IMG/VR virus record: IMGVR_UViG_3300045988_147821
Location: 32,001-96,000 of that record
DNA length: 64,000 nucleotides
DNA from: a virus
Reading direction: 5' to 3' (one strand)
Every line of letters begins with the position of its first letter. Within the stretch, counting starts at the first letter, position 1. Shown one piece after another: positions 45,227 through 55,664 of this stretch. The notes beneath the pieces were generated by a model. It made no database searches, was not told where the DNA came from, and saw nothing but the letters and a program-made list of their open reading frames with translations. A program made the translations under genes and the position numbers.

Positions 45227-46709
45227 TTTCTTCGGTATTTTTATCGGGTTCCTTATTCAGTTCTTCTTTCGCTTTTTTGATTACTGCTTCCCCTATTTCG
45301 ATTCTCAATGATTCATCTTCCTCCAGGAATTTACGGGTATTCTTCTCTCCCTGTCCTATACGCTGATCACCGTAATAGAAGAAAGCACCTTTCTTTTTCA
45401 GAATGCCATAATCAAGACCCAGGTCTATTATCTCCTGCACCTTGTCAATGCCTTTTCCGAATCGGATAACAAACTCACATTTCTTGAACGGTGGTGCAAT
45501 CTTGTTTTTCTTCACCTTTACCCTTGTAAGGTTTCCCGTTATCTCATCTCCATCCTTTTCCGAACCGATACGACTGAACTCCAACCGTTGTGACGCATAG
45601 AATTTCAATGCCTGTCCTCCGGGTGTCTTGGTGGAGTTTCCTCCGAATCCGAATCCTCCTATGGTGTCACGTGTCTGATTGATACACAATAGGATGTTGT
45701 TGTTACGCTTGATTATGTTTTTCAGAATATTCAACTGTGAGGACATAAGCCTTGCGACAAGGGCCACTTTCTGATCTCCCGCTTCACCCTGTGCCTGTGC
45801 AGTAGGTGTAAGTCCTGCAACCGAATCAAGAACGACAAGACCTATTTCCTGTTCCTCACACATGGTACGGATGATTTCAAGTGCTTCTTCCGCACTGTCA
45901 GGCTGTGACAGGATGAATTTTTCGGCAGACATATCCACACCCAATTTCTCTGCATAGAACGGGTCAAGTGCCTGTTCCACATCCACATATCCCACTGCCT
46001 TTCCTGTTTTCTGAACTTCTGCAACCAAATGAAGTGCAGCCGTTGTTTTTCCACAATTGTGTACGACAAAATCATCAGCTATGAAATTATGCCATTTCCC
46101 ACCGCATTTCACGTCATACACTTTCCCATCTCCTACGGGTTCTATGGATTCAACACGGTCTACCTCTATATATTTCAGACGAAGTTTTGTGTCATGCTTG
46201 TAAACGAATAGAGGGTTTCCCTTGGTAAATTCCTTCAATTCCTTATACTGTCCGTCACCCACATAGAATTTATGATCATCCGTGGCCGTTATCACATGGC
46301 CTTTCTTTGTCACAAGTTCATAGACAGGGCGTTTACCCACATATATCACATCTTCCACAGGGTGCCACTTTATTTCACCGAAAACTTCCTCTATCCCCAT
46401 GATGTAAATGTCAAAATTACGTCTTTGGTCACAGAAGCATCCGTGGAGCACCTTCAATGACTTGTTATAATATCCCATTACAGCATTGTCACCATGATGC
46501 ACGTATTTCACTTTTACACGTGTACGGCCGTCAAGACATGATTCCCCACCGAACACCTCCACGATTCTTCCTTTGGGATAACCGCCACCAAGAACTGCAT
46601 CAAGGGAATATGAACCACTGTGTATGCAATCTACCGCTACATGGTTGCCGGAAATAGCTTCCTTTCCAAATCTCTTTTCTATTGTTGCAATCAAATCCTT
46701 TATAGCCAT
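45213..46709 (-). CDS. recA: RecA recombinase interrupted by a mini-intein in the P-loop
   Basis: The exteins read RIVEVFGGES|CGKTTAALHLVAEVQKTGKAVGYVDVEQALDPFYAEKLGVD...SQPDSAEEALEI...VVLDSVAGL. Start taken at MAIKDLI (46709), just after the sbcD stop. Confidence 0.9.
   Translation of the reverse strand: MAIKDLIATIEKRFGKEAISGNHVAVDCIHSGSYSLDAVLGGGYPKGRIVEVFGGESCLDGRTRVKVKYVHHGDNAVMGYYNKSLKVLHGCFCDQRRNFDIYIMGIEEVFGEIKWHPVEDVIYVGKRPVYELVTKKGHVITATDDHKFYVGDGQYKELKEFTKGNPLFVYKHDTKLRLKYIEVDRVESIEPVGDGKVYDVKCGGKWHNFIADDFVVHNCGKTTAALHLVAEVQKTGKAVGYVDVEQALDPFYAEKLGVDMSAEKFILSQPDSAEEALEIIRTMCEEQEIGLVVLDSVAGLTPTAQAQGEAGDQKVALVARLMSSQLNILKNIIKRNNNILLCINQTRDTIGGFGFGGNSTKTPGGQALKFYASQRLEFSRIGSEKDGDEITGNLTRVKVKKNKIAPPFKKCEFVIRFGKGIDKVQEIIDLGLDYGILKKKGAFFYYGDQRIGQGEKNTRKFLEEDESLRIEIGEAVIKKAKEELNKEPDKNTEENENN
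46056..46538 (-). mobile_element. mini-intein (161 aa, no endonuclease domain) in the RecA Walker A motif
   Basis: CLDGRTRVKV (block A), TDDH (block B), YDVKCGGKWHNFIADDFVVHN followed by +1 Cys. Confidence 0.85.
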
Positions 46710-46713
46710 AATA

Positions 46714-47757
46714 TCAATCTCCCAATGCTTTTTGTAATATATCACTTGCTTCGTCTGCATTATATTTCTTTTCCTTGCAGAATGAAGCAAATCTGTCCAT
46801 AATATCCGTTTTTGTCAAAACCTTTATTTCGTTAACCTTATCTTCCGCATCTATAACTTCCTCAACTTCCTTTATCTTGGGCTTTACATCAATCCCCATT
46901 GCGGAATACTTTGTCCTATCAAATGCGGAAACTTTGTCCTGTGTTCCTGTGACCTCTATTCTGATACGATCATTGTCGTTTCTTTTGGAAGCATGAAATA
47001 GGGTTATCTGTTCCTCCACTTCATCTGGTGACATGGTATCCAAGTCCACGGTTATTTTCTTGAATGATGAACGCTCGGATTTTATAAGTTCTGTTGTACC
47101 ATCACTATACAGGATATAAAACCCTTTTTTATCATCTTCACCAAAGTTGTTCTGACACAATGATCCAAGATGGATTATTGATTGTGTGACATATTGCATA
47201 TTGTGATAGTGGCCACTTAGGACAAATTTATACTTTTTCAATACAGTAGGGGTCAACTTGCTGTCCACCTTGCTTCCATCATTGTTGCAGCTTCCGTCAA
47301 AAGCCATGTGGGTAAACAAGATATCAGCTTTCTTATCCTTTATATTCTCAAATTCATCCAGCCATTCCTTATCAGAAAGAAACGGCATGAAAGCCATTTT
47401 CAGTCCTCCTATTTCCTTGATTACCCCATCACGTAACAGAACAAATGACGGATGGTATTTGTACGGGTCAAGAAACGAATTTTTTGACGTGTAATCGGTT
47501 TTATCATGGTTTCCAGGAATGACAAACATCTTCTGCTTGTTGTTATGATAGGAATCGAGTATGTTTCCAAACGTATTCAACACACATTCCTTTTGACTTA
47601 TACGGGAATCAAATATATCCCCCAACCATATATGCGTATCTACTTCCATATCCTTTGCAAGTTCAAGTTCGTCTTGCAGAAGGTTGTTTATAAGTTCACA
47701 GTTATCTGGCTTCAAGTGCCAATCGGTACTTATGATTGCTATCGGTTTTACTTCCAT
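46714..47757 (-). CDS. sbcD: SbcD/Mre11-like nuclease
   Basis: Calcineurin-like phosphoesterase motifs STDWH, GDIFD, GNHD, THMAF and SGHYH. Confidence 0.85.
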   Translation of the reverse strand: MEVKPIAIISTDWHLKPDNCELINNLLQDELELAKDMEVDTHIWLGDIFDSRISQKECVLNTFGNILDSYHNNKQKMFVIPGNHDKTDYTSKNSFLDPYKYHPSFVLLRDGVIKEIGGLKMAFMPFLSDKEWLDEFENIKDKKADILFTHMAFDGSCNNDGSKVDSKLTPTVLKKYKFVLSGHYHNMQYVTQSIIHLGSLCQNNFGEDDKKGFYILYSDGTTELIKSERSSFKKITVDLDTMSPDEVEEQITLFHASKRNDNDRIRIEVTGTQDKVSAFDRTKYSAMGIDVKPKIKEVEEVIDAEDKVNEIKVLTKTDIMDRFASFCKEKKYNADEASDILQKALGD

Positions 47758-48371
47758 ATCTTATAGGTTATTGTTGCTCCGACAAAAATATCGGGTTTGT
47801 TGTTTATTAATCCATATCCTGCTCCCACACCTATTCCGAATGAGATGGGTAACTCCTTTTTCCTTTTGCTCCATGCAGTAACATCCGTAATGTTTCCGTT
47901 CATGCCGGAAGTGATGTCAAGTTGATTGTTTCCCTTTCCATCTTCTCTTTTTACAATGGTAAACTGATTGTTCAGTTTAAAATCCAGATTGTAATTCGCC
48001 ACAGAAGGAGCGGTTATATCAAGTTTATAGGATATTGTATCGGATTCTTTCTTGAAGCGAAATAAGGAATCATCCGGCATTATCTCTCTTACCTTTCCCG
48101 AATCCACATACTGAATCCGTGTTTTCCATCGTACCACTTCCGTAATATTGCCCTTGGCGTCTTTTAATTCGTCATAGAGTAGCTTATTCTCCCTTTTAAG
48201 CAATTCAAAATCGGAAGATGGGTAATTAATCCGATAAGTATTCAAAGAATCAATATAAAGGCTTAAATGCTCTGAATAATTCGCTTCCCTTTCTCTCAAA
48301 TGCTTTACTTCCCACACTGAAAGAAATAGGAGCACACAAAGTGCTCCTATTATCATTGTTGTTGTTTTCAT
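47748..48371 (-). CDS. membrane-anchored hypothetical protein
   Basis: Start taken at MKTTTMIIGALCVLLFLSVW (48371), which is an N-terminal TM helix. Confidence 0.5.
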   Translation of the reverse strand: MKTTTMIIGALCVLLFLSVWEVKHLREREANYSEHLSLYIDSLNTYRINYPSSDFELLKRENKLLYDELKDAKGNITEVVRWKTRIQYVDSGKVREIMPDDSLFRFKKESDTISYKLDITAPSVANYNLDFKLNNQFTIVKREDGKGNNQLDITSGMNGNITDVTAWSKRKKELPISFGIGVGAGYGLINNKPDIFVGATITYKIWK

Positions 48372-48390
48372 AAAATAAAAGAGCGGTTTA

Positions 48391-49569
48391 TTATTCGTCA
48401 AACGGAAGCATTTCTTCTGCCTTGGCAAGATCGTACCAATGTTTCAGTTCATCCAACTTCAAATTGTCAGGCAATTCATAACCATCTCCGTATTCATTTT
48501 CGATATATTCATTCAGGAACTTGCGCATCTTCATGGGAGTAGGATATGAGCTTCCTGCATCAGAAGCATCCTTATCTCTTCCTGCACTGCGTGACGGTAC
48601 TTTCTCTTCCTTTTCTTCATCATCAGAACTTTCCTGCTTTCCCTTGTATTCCGGGCATATTGCTTCCAGTTCCTCCACTTCTGCCAAGAAATCGTCATTC
48701 TCAAAGATATTGTATTCGTTCTGACGGTCAAACTCTTTCAGTGCATCGAGCGTCCAATCAAATTCACGTTTGGTATATACGTTTTCATACAAATCTTCAA
48801 GAGTAGGAAGTTTCAACAGTTTTTCAAGAACAGTGTCAGGAACACGATTCTTTTCAAAAAAATCTTCAAGGCTCTTGTCCTGTCGTGTCATTTGCTGTGC
48901 GCTGACCTTCATGACAGTCTTGTTGTTCTCGTCTTTCTGTTTGTTGATACACAACGGATAACCTTCTTCTGGATCAGAGAATACATCGGTTGACAATCCG
49001 TCACCTTCCGTAAGGTCAATGGAAATATCGGTCATTTCCTTAATCTGTTTGGATGTAAGCTGCAATTTGTAGATGTCGCTACCTTGCAATACATAACAGA
49101 TATAGTTCAAGACAGGTTTGATACCCCATACCCACGGGCCACCTTTTCCTTTTCTATATCCCGTAATAGGATTGAGGAAACGTGATTTCTCATCCTTATC
49201 CTCTATTTCATTGGCAAGTTCATACACATAATTTATGTAAGTGGACAAAAGGTCCTTGTCACCAAATGCCGCATTTCCATGAATGTCGGACGTGAAAACA
49301 TTCTTGTCCTTCCATTCATATTTACCTGTTCCCGCTCCGTCCTTACCTTTGATTTCCTGATATACTTTCAGTTTGGTAGTCTTACAGGGTATGTATGCAC
49401 GGCCTGTCTTGGACGGAAGCACACGGAACACGTTCTTTCCATCTTCCACTTTAGCAAAATTCACATACTCATTGTCGCTGTTACGATACATTGTCTTTTC
49501 CGCTTTGCGCGCTTCATCTTTCACTTTTGAAACTTCTGTTCTCTTAAACTGATTTCTGTTAATTGCCAT
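48391..49569 (-). CDS. hypothetical protein with acidic C-terminal tail (possible ssDNA-binding protein)
   Basis: 392 aa, located between the recombination genes and the polymerase. The SSDDEEKEEK acidic tail is typical of phage SSBs. No diagnostic motif. Confidence 0.3.
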   Translation of the reverse strand: MAINRNQFKRTEVSKVKDEARKAEKTMYRNSDNEYVNFAKVEDGKNVFRVLPSKTGRAYIPCKTTKLKVYQEIKGKDGAGTGKYEWKDKNVFTSDIHGNAAFGDKDLLSTYINYVYELANEIEDKDEKSRFLNPITGYRKGKGGPWVWGIKPVLNYICYVLQGSDIYKLQLTSKQIKEMTDISIDLTEGDGLSTDVFSDPEEGYPLCINKQKDENNKTVMKVSAQQMTRQDKSLEDFFEKNRVPDTVLEKLLKLPTLEDLYENVYTKREFDWTLDALKEFDRQNEYNIFENDDFLAEVEELEAICPEYKGKQESSDDEEKEEKVPSRSAGRDKDASDAGSSYPTPMKMRKFLNEYIENEYGDGYELPDNLKLDELKHWYDLAKAEEMLPFDE

Positions 49570-49614
49570 AATACTAAAATTTTAAACATTAAAAACTAAA
49601 TTAAAACTTCAAAT

Positions 49615-50148
49615 CTACTTATCTAATCTTTTGATTTCAAATGTATTAATCTTTCCTTCTATGATTTCATCCAGGAACTCCTTGGGAGTAACCTTGCTTA
49701 AAAAGTTACTTAATTTCTTATCCTTAGACTGAATAGAGAAATAGAGGGAGTTGAGATATTCAAACTCCTTTTTTGCCTGTATGTATTCCTTTAGGAAGAA
49801 CTGTGTATCGGATGATAAGGTAAGAATGTCCTCCAACCCCTTTTCAGTCAGCTTTATTTTCTCACCGTCAATCAATACGAATCCCTTTCCCTTGGAAGCC
49901 ATCTTACGGTATCTGCGTCTTTCCTCTGCCATCACTATATCGTATTTCATTTTCATAGTGGACGCATTGGCTTCCGCATCAGCACGCAATTGCCCTATCT
50001 TGTTAAGCAATGCAGAGCATGTTACTGCATCTCCAAACAGATTCTGATAATTGATAGTTGTCAGATCATCCATGTCCAACCATTCCTCAAAATCGCTGGA
50101 CTGCAATACCAAAACACTATCATCATCTAGGTGTATAACTTTCTTCAT
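49615..50148 (-). CDS. hypothetical protein
   Basis: 177-aa ORF immediately downstream of dnaE. Confidence 0.5.
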   Translation of the reverse strand: MKKVIHLDDDSVLVLQSSDFEEWLDMDDLTTINYQNLFGDAVTCSALLNKIGQLRADAEANASTMKMKYDIVMAEERRRYRKMASKGKGFVLIDGEKIKLTEKGLEDILTLSSDTQFFLKEYIQAKKEFEYLNSLYFSIQSKDKKLSNFLSKVTPKEFLDEIIEGKINTFEIKRLDK

Positions 50149-50152
50149 ATCT

Positions 50153-53100
50153 CTAATCCAATTTTAATCGAACAAACTGGGAACGTCTTGTTATCTGAAT
50201 AATGTTACAATCATCAAATTTACTGTAAGTAGGATACCCTGTTAAATACAACAGGCAATCTTTAGAATTTTTGAAGTATTCAGACATTTCCTCATACAAC
50301 TCACATCCTACCACTACATGGACAAAATCATAATTGCAATCAAGTTTGATAAAACCCATAAAACCGTTCTTGGTTTTCTTTTCCTCTACCTCCATCACAT
50401 AGCCGCCTACTTTTACATCACTATATCCGTAGCCGTTATATTCCTGCAATTTTGAAGGTGAGAAATAGGGTGTACATTTATCAAGGTGCAATGAAAGCGT
50501 TTCATGATCAAACTCTCCGAATCCACAAAGATTGCGTTGCATGAGCATCCACCACCAATCTTCTTCATGTTTCCCCTTATCGTATCCCAAAGATAGTTTA
50601 TCCTTGCTCTTGTCAACCTTTACCTTACATTTGGTACGGTATATGTCAAGTAGGAAGTATCTTTCACTAGGATGCTCAACGTGTTCAAGTTCATCAAATG
50701 CACCACAATAGATGAGGTTCTCTATGGCTGACTTGGTAACTTTGCTGTTCTTGAAATTATGACGGTCAAGAAATTCCTCCAGAGAAAAATATTCCCCGTT
50801 CTTATCCCTTTCCTCATTCAACTGATTCAATGCCTGTTCTCCTATCTGTTTAACAGAATTGAGTGACCAGTACATTGAATTTGTTTCCTTGTCGGATACG
50901 ATATGACTTCTTGAATGATTGATATTTACCGTCTTGATACCGATATTACCCGTCTTTTCAATCTCATTGATATATAAAGGGTATTCGTCCATCTTGGCCC
51001 ATGTAAAGGTTACTGACCAAAATTCCATAGGATAATGAACTTTCAGCCATTGGCAAATGTAAGAAATTATTGAATAGGAAACTGCGTGGGCTTTATTAAA
51101 CGAATACTTTGCAAACTCTTCCATCATAGAAAAATAGTCCTCTGCATATTCTTTTGTTACACCCCATTTGCTTATATACCCATCAACAAATTTTGCCTTC
51201 AATTCTGCCATTACATCTGCCTTCTTCTTACCCATAGCTTTACGAAGATCATCCGCTTCCATAGATGTAAATCCTGCAAGTGTTATAGATGCTTGCATCA
51301 CGTTTTCCTGATACAGCAACAGTCCGTAGGTGTCTTTCAGGAAGGATTCGGTTCCCGTAAGGTATTCCACTTCTTCATTACCGTTTTTACGTTTTACATA
51401 GGAATAATGAATACCGTTTTCAAGCGGTCCAGGGCGATACAGTGCCGTACATGCAGATAATTCCTCTACTGAATTGGGCTTCATTATCTGTGCATAACCG
51501 TTCATTCCTTTGGCTGTGAATTGGAATACATCACCATTCCATCCGTTTCCAAAGTATTTCATCACTTCTGGCTCATTCAATGGAATATCCTTGTACGGGT
51601 CAATAGCTGTTCCTGTGTTCTGTTTGATAAGTTCAAGAATATCATGTATCTTGTCCAACTGATTAAGACCAAGAATATCCTCTTTCAGGAATCCTGCATG
51701 ATCAAGTTCTCCGCCTTCCCATTCACATACCATTTGATTTGTGTCCGATTCAAGTCGTAATGGGGACCATTCAAACATTGTTCTGTCTTGTGGGAATATC
51801 ATTTCCGCACAGGCATGAATAGAGCGTGCCTTTGGTGCTCCAAGTATTACAAACAGGTCATTGAACATTTCCGTATTCTTTCGCATGAAAGCACGGAACT
51901 CGGCTTTTTTCAATGCTGTTCTGAACAAGTCCTCTACGGTCTTTTCCTTTTCCTCTCCCAACATCTTGGAAATACGTTTTCTTTCAGGAATAGCGACACC
52001 GTATTTATCTCCCATATCATTTATTGCAGCTTTCAACTGCAATGTTGTATATGTTCCTACGGCACATACCTGTTTTGTTCCAAAACGTTCTTCCATATAC
52101 CGTTTAACTTCCTGCCGTCTGTTAGTAGGAAAGTCGGTATCAATATCAGGTAAGGATTTCTGAATACGTCCTTTGTTTAGGAAACGTGAAAAGAACAATT
52201 CGTATTTCAATGGATTTACCTTTGTCAATCCAAGTAGGTACACCACAGCACTTCCTGCACACGAACCACGACCTGGCCCTACAAGAATGTTTTGTGACCG
52301 TGCCCAATTCACAATGTCACGAAGTATAAGGAAGTAATCCACTACACCACCGAAACGGATAACATCTATTTCTTCATCTATACGTGCAAAAACAGCTTCC
52401 TCTCCGTATTCCTCTATCAGTTCGGGATGATTCTCCAATCCCTCATAGATAAGGTCTACAAACATCTCGTCATTGGTCCTCCACCGTTTCTTTTCTTCTT
52501 CGGTCATTATATACCATGGAAGATGCCTTGATTTTGAATCAATGACAAAGTTACAGTTCTCTGATACATAGCGAAGATTTCCTATCGCATCATCCCATAA
52601 ATCAAACATAGAATCATCGTTCCCAAACAATGCCTGCATTTCAAGGAAATATTCCTGGAAGTTCTTGAAATATTGATTGGATGATTTATAGTTCGTTATT
52701 TTGAGAATTGAATTTATCTTTTCACGTATATAGGCATATTCGGGTTCAAGATAATAGGCGTCACAAATGGCTATAAACCTGCATTTCTTGGAATAGAACA
52801 TTTTCAGATTTTCAAGATACCATTTATCCCTATCATCCTGTTCATATTCCACTGTATCAAACTGAACGTACATTTCATCTTTGCCCAATACATAATCCAA
52901 CAGATATTGACATTCAACAGTTTTAGGATCTGCCACTGTAAATGTATGCTCCTTATAGGATTCAGATTTCGCCAATGAAACAAACTCATTCAATGTACAA
53001 TATTCCTTATGGATTACATTACATAAGCGATTCAGTTCAAGGAGCATTCTCCATCCATCTTCATCCCTTGCATATACCTTGATTGTAAAGCGAATATCTC

Positions 53101-53602
53101 TTTCTTCATCGAGAACAGGAACTTCCATTCCGAATACAGGCTTTATTCCATACTTCTGACATGCTTCTTGAAACTTGAATGCACCCGAAAGATGTCCTTT
53201 CTCACAAATACCTAAAACGGTTATGCTAAGCCATTTTGCCTTAATGCACCATTCATCATAGGAGTGCATACCATCAAGAAGCTGCATGTTTCCATGAACA
53301 CCAAGAAAAGCTGATTCTCTAAAATCTTCTTCTATTTCGGGTTCCGAAAGATACAGTACCTTGTTAAGTTTCACATCATTCTCACTCCCCTTTTTTAACC
53401 AATACCATACACCGCCAAAGGAATAGATATAATTATCACATTCGGTGTATGCAGTATCCCAGTGAAAGTCACGGTCAAAAAACGAGTTGCTTTCATTAGG
53501 AAGGGATAATTCATACGTTTCACATCCTATTTCCACAACCCTATCACTGATATGTGAGAAAGGAATAAAATGATCTTTCAGATATTGAATTAATTCGTTC
53601 AC
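50153..53602 (-). CDS. dnaE: DNA polymerase III alpha subunit (DnaE-type)
   Basis: GPGRGSCAGSAVVYLLGLTKVNPL, LPDIDTDF, and FNKAHAVSYS, all characteristic of the DnaE palm and fingers. Confidence 0.9.
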   Translation of the reverse strand: MNELIQYLKDHFIPFSHISDRVVEIGCETYELSLPNESNSFFDRDFHWDTAYTECDNYIYSFGGVWYWLKKGSENDVKLNKVLYLSEPEIEEDFRESAFLGVHGNMQLLDGMHSYDEWCIKAKWLSITVLGICEKGHLSGAFKFQEACQKYGIKPVFGMEVPVLDEERDIRFTIKVYARDEDGWRMLLELNRLCNVIHKEYCTLNEFVSLAKSESYKEHTFTVADPKTVECQYLLDYVLGKDEMYVQFDTVEYEQDDRDKWYLENLKMFYSKKCRFIAICDAYYLEPEYAYIREKINSILKITNYKSSNQYFKNFQEYFLEMQALFGNDDSMFDLWDDAIGNLRYVSENCNFVIDSKSRHLPWYIMTEEEKKRWRTNDEMFVDLIYEGLENHPELIEEYGEEAVFARIDEEIDVIRFGGVVDYFLILRDIVNWARSQNILVGPGRGSCAGSAVVYLLGLTKVNPLKYELFFSRFLNKGRIQKSLPDIDTDFPTNRRQEVKRYMEERFGTKQVCAVGTYTTLQLKAAINDMGDKYGVAIPERKRISKMLGEEKEKTVEDLFRTALKKAEFRAFMRKNTEMFNDLFVILGAPKARSIHACAEMIFPQDRTMFEWSPLRLESDTNQMVCEWEGGELDHAGFLKEDILGLNQLDKIHDILELIKQNTGTAIDPYKDIPLNEPEVMKYFGNGWNGDVFQFTAKGMNGYAQIMKPNSVEELSACTALYRPGPLENGIHYSYVKRKNGNEEVEYLTGTESFLKDTYGLLLYQENVMQASITLAGFTSMEADDLRKAMGKKKADVMAELKAKFVDGYISKWGVTKEYAEDYFSMMEEFAKYSFNKAHAVSYSIISYICQWLKVHYPMEFWSVTFTWAKMDEYPLYINEIEKTGNIGIKTVNINHSRSHIVSDKETNSMYWSLNSVKQIGEQALNQLNEERDKNGEYFSLEEFLDRHNFKNSKVTKSAIENLIYCGAFDELEHVEHPSERYFLLDIYRTKCKVKVDKSKDKLSLGYDKGKHEEDWWWMLMQRNLCGFGEFDHETLSLHLDKCTPYFSPSKLQEYNGYGYSDVKVGGYVMEVEEKKTKNGFMGFIKLDCNYDFVHVVVGCELYEEMSEYFKNSKDCLLYLTGYPTYSKFDDCNIIQITRRSQFVRLKLD

Positions 53603-53724
53603 GAAAATAGGTTTTATTGAAAAAGAAATACAGGCACGGGTTTTGGTTTTTGGTAAACTTTTGTGCTGACTATTATGGTTAATTATCTCTCCCGTACCTG
53701 TATTACCTTATATGTTTTACATTT

Positions 53725-54327
53725 TTATTTTGAAAGGTTTCCGATGGAAAGGTCATGGTTGAGTTCCATCAACGATTTTGAAAGGCTGTCAAGGAACTTG
53801 GCTACACCCATGATTGCCATTGCACCAGGTTTCAGCGAACCGTTTTCGGATACTGTCAGTGATTCATGCTGGTCACAGCAACGTTTCGGTTCATCGGGAT
53901 TTTCCTCCAGTTTATGTTCGGGTTCGGGTGTCGGTTTTTCCTCTTCCTTTCTAATGATGTTCACAGTCTGTTTTTCTTCATTTACCTTTCTTGTACGTGA
54001 CGATACCTTTGTTCTTGCAGGTTTCGGGGCAGTTTCCTCTTCTTCCTTTGCTGGTAATTCGTCCTCTTCTGCGGGTTCTTCCGGGGTAGGAATCTCATCC
54101 TGTGGTCCATCATCTTCCACGGGTTCGGGTTCGTTGCCGCCCTGTGCACCGTTTTCGATGTAGTTTTCGACAGCTTTTTTCAACTGATCGGAATCCATAA
54201 CCGATACATCTTCTCCCAATACATCGCTTACGGCAGCAATCAGTTTGTCTTTCGGACTTAATGTTTCGTAATTTTCAATCTCTAGTTTTGCAGCCGCTCT
54301 TCGTGCGTCTAAAAATGATACAGCCAT
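53725..54327 (-). CDS. hypothetical acidic protein
   Basis: 200-aa ORF behind the promoter at 54413..54481. Confidence 0.5.
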   Translation of the reverse strand: MAVSFLDARRAAAKLEIENYETLSPKDKLIAAVSDVLGEDVSVMDSDQLKKAVENYIENGAQGGNEPEPVEDDGPQDEIPTPEEPAEEDELPAKEEEETAPKPARTKVSSRTRKVNEEKQTVNIIRKEEEKPTPEPEHKLEENPDEPKRCCDQHESLTVSENGSLKPGAMAIMGVAKFLDSLSKSLMELNHDLSIGNLSK

Positions 54328-54412
54328 TTTGTTTTTAATTTTAATGATTAATAATTAATTTGTAATATAATCCAATGAGTTACGTTATATCATAAATCTC
54401 ATTTCGACAATG

Positions 54413-54481
54413 CAAATATAGGGATAAAAATTCTAAGTATGCAAGAAAAACTACGAAAATTTTTATAAAAAGTTTTTTAGT
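54413..54481 (-). promoter_or_regulatory. promoter with the same conserved 39-bp upstream element
   Basis: Minus-strand TATATTTG (54413..54420), preceded by the 39-bp element 54443..54481 that is identical to 35414..35452. Confidence 0.6.
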
Positions 54482-54509
54482 TTTTGTTTTATCCCTATGT
54501 ATCAACACA

Positions 54510-55097
54510 TTAAATGAACAACAATCCCTTTACAAGTTGTACACGTTCTTCAACCGATCCTCTTACAGTACGATATGGAATAAAGTTGTTTGTCAATATC
54601 CACTTTATCTTTGTATCAATGTGTTTTCTGTGTTCCTCATCAATGCAGCGTACCCCATCATTTACAACCTCTATCCCATCATCAATAGGAAGATAGATGT
54701 TAAGACATGGATTAAGGTATTTCACCTGTTTGAGCAATTCCCTGCGTTCATACTGTTCTTCCATGGAGAATTTCATCTTTCTTGTACCTTCTTCTTCCAT
54801 GTCGCACATTTCGGATGTATATGCGATCACGTCAACAACACATCTGTCGGAAATGAAATTGTTCCCCTGTTCAAGAAGTTCGGAGTAATAGGAAAACATA
54901 ATTCTTTGTGAATCGGGATCACCGTCAACAGAGATGTTTATTTTCCCTTCGGAAGCCATTCTACGTAACATACCTGTCATGATATTAAGTCCACTGGCTT
55001 TTATATCCTTATCCTCTGCCAATGCGTTTATGAGAGTTGTTTTTCCTGTATTCTGTGCTCCGATAATGTTTACCTTGGTGTATCTCAATCTTTTCAT
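54510..55097 (-). CDS. P-loop NTPase/kinase (NadR-kinase/AAA_28-like)
   Basis: Walker A IIGAQNTGKTTLINALA near the N-terminus of a 195-aa protein. The substrate is unknown. Confidence 0.45.
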   Translation of the reverse strand: MKRLRYTKVNIIGAQNTGKTTLINALAEDKDIKASGLNIMTGMLRRMASEGKINISVDGDPDSQRIMFSYYSELLEQGNNFISDRCVVDVIAYTSEMCDMEEEGTRKMKFSMEEQYERRELLKQVKYLNPCLNIYLPIDDGIEVVNDGVRCIDEEHRKHIDTKIKWILTNNFIPYRTVRGSVEERVQLVKGLLFI

Positions 55098-55642
55098 CTA
55101 TTGTCACCCTCCCCGTGAATCTTGTTGCGTTCCATACGGTCATACAGCTTGTTTATATTCATTGCTGCAACCTCCTTGATAGATGTTCCTGTCGTTTTTG
55201 CCACAATATAGGTAACGGCTTTCAACACTTTCTTCCATTCCTCAAAAACAACTTCCTTACGACTGTCCGATAATACAATAGGCAGATTTCCATCCCAATT
55301 GTCACGGATATGCTTTTTTACCTGTTCGGCTATCTTACCCATAGATACGATAGGGTCAAACAACGCATCTGTTGTAAGGTCTGTGATTTCCAGCCATTCG
55401 TTTACTTCCGGCAATTCCATTTTCTTATGAATCATTGCAAGATACCACAAAATATCTCCTGCTTCCTTCTTCAATTCTTCATCATTTTCCTGTTCTACCT
55501 GAATCTTTTCAAACATTTCTCCTGTTTCGCCACACAAACCCAATGTTACACATACCACTATCAGTGAATCGGGATAGGTGCATGTTACTTCTGCAAGTTT
55601 TTCATACTTCGAAAAAGTTTCAATCTTTTCAAATCTTTCCAT
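55094..55642 (-). CDS. mazG: MazG-like nucleoside triphosphate pyrophosphohydrolase
   Basis: GLCGETGEMFEKIQ and EEAGDILWYLAMI match the E..E / E..D metal-binding helices. Start taken at MERFEKI (55642). Confidence 0.75.
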   Translation of the reverse strand: MERFEKIETFSKYEKLAEVTCTYPDSLIVVCVTLGLCGETGEMFEKIQVEQENDEELKKEAGDILWYLAMIHKKMELPEVNEWLEITDLTTDALFDPIVSMGKIAEQVKKHIRDNWDGNLPIVLSDSRKEVVFEEWKKVLKAVTYIVAKTTGTSIKEVAAMNINKLYDRMERNKIHGEGDNR

Positions 55643-55664
55643 TTTGTTCAAAATTATAAAGTTT

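Noticed and set aside
46855-46880. Extra ACTTCCTCA copies inside sbcD as part of the iteron system
   Set aside because: Two adjacent near-copies occur within coding sequence and reflect codon usage (EEV repeats). They have no array structure or intergenic context.
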